Shown piece after piece: positions 61,933-64,000 of a stretch of 64,000 nucleotides of DNA. The stretch spans positions 32,001-96,000 of the forward strand of contig CAXXVK010000024.1 in assembly GCA_963676915.2 (NCBI GenBank). Reading direction: 5' to 3'. The notes under the pieces are model-generated. The model worked only from the letters and a program-made list of their open reading frames with translations, did no database searches and had not been told where the DNA came from. The position numbers and the translations under genes were made by a program. Source of the stretch: Myxococcota bacterium. GTDB taxonomy: Bacteria; Myxococcota_A; SURF-8; G963663525. Position 1 is the stretch's first letter. The number at the start of each line of letters is the position of its first letter.

Positions 61933-63123
61933 TTATTCGAAGGCGTACCATAGCCGGTCTTTTTCCCGGCTCTCTACGTTGTAGCCTCCACAAAAGAGAC
62001 AGGCCACTTTGCCGTCTTTGACGGTGACAGGAGATGTCTTGCAAGCGGGAGGCGGACAAAACGTGTAACGGCAACTGGCGATTTCTTTCCTGTCCTCTTC
62101 GCCTAAACTGAGCACCACAAAAGGTTTTTCCCAGTATATTTTGACCGGTACATATTCTTCCAAATCGCCGGGATTGTTGTAATACCGAAACTGACCTAGC
62201 TCCATGTGGCGCTGACCTTCGCTCTGGCATCCATCGCCGCGCAACCATTTGTTTTGCGCCATGACATAACGGTATCCGTTGGCAGGGGCGTTTTTGTCGA
62301 GGAATTCCAGCCATTTCAAACGATTCTGACGTTGTTTTTCCCCTTCTTTCGTTCTTTGGGCCGGTTTGCCATTGATTAAAAACTCCATTTCGGAAACACA
62401 CAGAAACGGAATCCAGCCGGTTTCATAGTATCCCTCGAAATTCAACCGTACCCCTGCAACCGGCACGCCTTTCGGCAATTCCGGCGAAACCAGCACCGGA
62501 TCGGTCTTTTTCGTCATCGGGACTTCCTGCATGCTCACAGCCTGACCGTCTCGCCCAATCCACGTAAGAATGACCTTTTTCGCTCGCGCATACCGTACGA
62601 ACGTGTTCAAAGTTTTCTGCCAGCCTGGCGTGATGCGCAACTGATCGAAATCCCTAGCAAAAACAGCATCTTCCATCGTTACGGTGATATTCTCGAAGTT
62701 TTTCTCCCTTTGGCGCCCTTCACACCAAGCGGTTTGGATATCGCCATCGATCAGGCGTTCCGGGACGTGCAACCCAATGTGGTCGAATTCCTCGTAAACA
62801 CTGGTAGCCATAACATCCAGCGAAAGCGGTTGCGATCCCAGTGCCAATTCCTCTTCAGAAACGGGGGTTTCCATTTTTCCGGGAATCAACTCCTGTTTTT
62901 TGGCTTTTTCGAACTGACGCTCCTGCTGCACCAGGTATGGATACGGTTCTCTGACCTCTTCCTCTTCAGAGCCGGTTTCCTCTACCTGTTTTTCGGCAAT
63001 TGCAGGAACTTTTTCCGCCGCCGGATGCTCGACCTCGTCCGAGCATTTGCAACCGGAACACTGCACGGCCCAGCAAAGCAGCAACGCGAAAACCGGCAAT
63101 CCCATGTTAACGAATCGGGTCAT
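61933..63123 (-). CDS. Exported protein with discoidin/glycan-binding-like domain
   Basis: Signal peptide with Cys cluster; ERLIDGDIQTAWCEG motif; LCVSEMEF. Confidence 0.6.
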   Translation of the reverse strand: MTRFVNMGLPVFALLLCWAVQCSGCKCSDEVEHPAAEKVPAIAEKQVEETGSEEEEVREPYPYLVQQERQFEKAKKQELIPGKMETPVSEEELALGSQPLSLDVMATSVYEEFDHIGLHVPERLIDGDIQTAWCEGRQREKNFENITVTMEDAVFARDFDQLRITPGWQKTLNTFVRYARAKKVILTWIGRDGQAVSMQEVPMTKKTDPVLVSPELPKGVPVAGVRLNFEGYYETGWIPFLCVSEMEFLINGKPAQRTKEGEKQRQNRLKWLEFLDKNAPANGYRYVMAQNKWLRGDGCQSEGQRHMELGQFRYYNNPGDLEEYVPVKIYWEKPFVVLSLGEEDRKEIASCRYTFCPPPACKTSPVTVKDGKVACLFCGGYNVESREKDRLWYAFE

Positions 63124-63943
63124 GATCCTTCTCTTTCGCGAACGGTTCGTTTTGGGTCTTTATACCATACCTACCAGGGATTTGGCCATGGCTTCCCTTT
63201 TCGGTGTGGAGTTTTCGCAATGTCTCATACTTGGTCCATCCTTCAAGCGTTTGGCATGCAGCCCAGCGCCATCCCCACACTCCTTCGAAAAAACCAGCTT
63301 GAAACACATAGCTTTTCACACCACGCCATGCCGGACGAACCCAGCGGCTTCCCAAAGGATAACGGCGTCCGTTCTCGAACATCGCACGAGCGGCTTGAAG
63401 TCCGTAACGCTCTGATTTTTCACGTAAATGCTCCAATCCTCCGGGAGGGTTGTGTTCGATAGGATGAACGAGGGAGCGCCATTTTCCTTGCAACTCCACA
63501 CGGTCGTGGGGTTCAACAGCAGGATTCCAACAGCCTTTTTCCGTACGAAACAGACGTTTTTGCCGATTGGGCCACCACCCACCGTAGCGAATCCAACGGT
63601 CTTCGATTCGAGACCGTACCGGAAATCGAAACCCGTCGTTTCGGGGTTCATCAGCAAGAGTTTGGAGAATTTCCTCGGCCAACAAAGGACTTACGTACTC
63701 GTCCGAGTCAAGATTCAAGATCCATTCTCCCCGAACGAGGCGGCGACCGAATTCTTTCTGATGATTGACACCCTCGAAAGGATGCTCCATCACACGACAC
63801 CCCAGACGAGAGGCAAACTCTCTCGAACCGTCTACGCTCCCTCCATTTATCGCCACGATTTCATCGCAGAAGGCAAGACTCGTCAGGCAGCGTTCGAGCG
63901 TATCTCTATTGTTTTGGAAAATCACCAGCGCGGAAAGCTTCAT
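63107..63943 (-). CDS. Glycosyltransferase family 2 (KdtX/WaaE-like)
   Basis: LSALVIFQN...LERCLTSLAFCDEI, WILNLDSDE, YGGWWP, GFFEGVWG. Confidence 0.9.
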   Translation of the reverse strand: MKLSALVIFQNNRDTLERCLTSLAFCDEIVAINGGSVDGSREFASRLGCRVMEHPFEGVNHQKEFGRRLVRGEWILNLDSDEYVSPLLAEEILQTLADEPRNDGFRFPVRSRIEDRWIRYGGWWPNRQKRLFRTEKGCWNPAVEPHDRVELQGKWRSLVHPIEHNPPGGLEHLREKSERYGLQAARAMFENGRRYPLGSRWVRPAWRGVKSYVFQAGFFEGVWGWRWAACQTLEGWTKYETLRKLHTEKGSHGQIPGRYGIKTQNEPFAKEKDHDPIR

Positions 63944-64000
63944 GAGAACTCCGAAGATTCCATCGCCAGACCGGTCATCGGCACGAAACGAACGGAAAAC
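63940..64000 (-). CDS. pcm: C-terminal end of probable protein-L-isoaspartate O-methyltransferase (partial)
   Basis: Manual translation FSVRFVPMTGLAMESSEFS*, with ATGA overlap into the GT2 start; VRFVPM is the typical Pcm C-terminal motif; only 19 residues visible. Confidence 0.55.
   Translation of the reverse strand, partial: FSVRFVPMTGLAMESSEFS

Overview
A 64-kb bacterial chromosome segment. Gene content suggests a Myxococcota/deltaproteobacterial-like organism, probably anaerobic or microaerophilic (inference). Housekeeping genes are an AspC-like aminotransferase, coaD, rsmD, rpsT, prs, pruA, alaS, rnr, cydAB, rpsB-tsf-pyrH, glgC and a partial pcm. They are interspersed with: (i) five large lipoproteins built as lipobox + Asp/Glu-rich (often Cys-rich) tether + variable C-terminal module (PPC repeats, FGE/C-lectin, M23, vWA, YfaP-like); (ii) a TetR-controlled LolA-like/ABC/outer-membrane-barrel operon and a separate TetR/MMPL pair, both with visible operator-like palindromes; (iii) a two-gene unit pairing a LynF/PatF-like (ABBA-fold) prenyltransferase candidate with a cobalamin-dependent radical SAM enzyme, which is the best candidate for an undescribed pathway; (iv) several families of intergenic REP-like palindromes, including a REP doublet; (v) a core, folate-independent-type methionine synthase. 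Most genes between about 29.5 and 42 kb are broken by frameshifts, and those I could reconstruct are single-base insertions in short runs, most likely long-read consensus error. I found no CRISPR array, rRNA, tRNA, transposase or integrase. All family assignments come from motif recognition by eye, not database searches.
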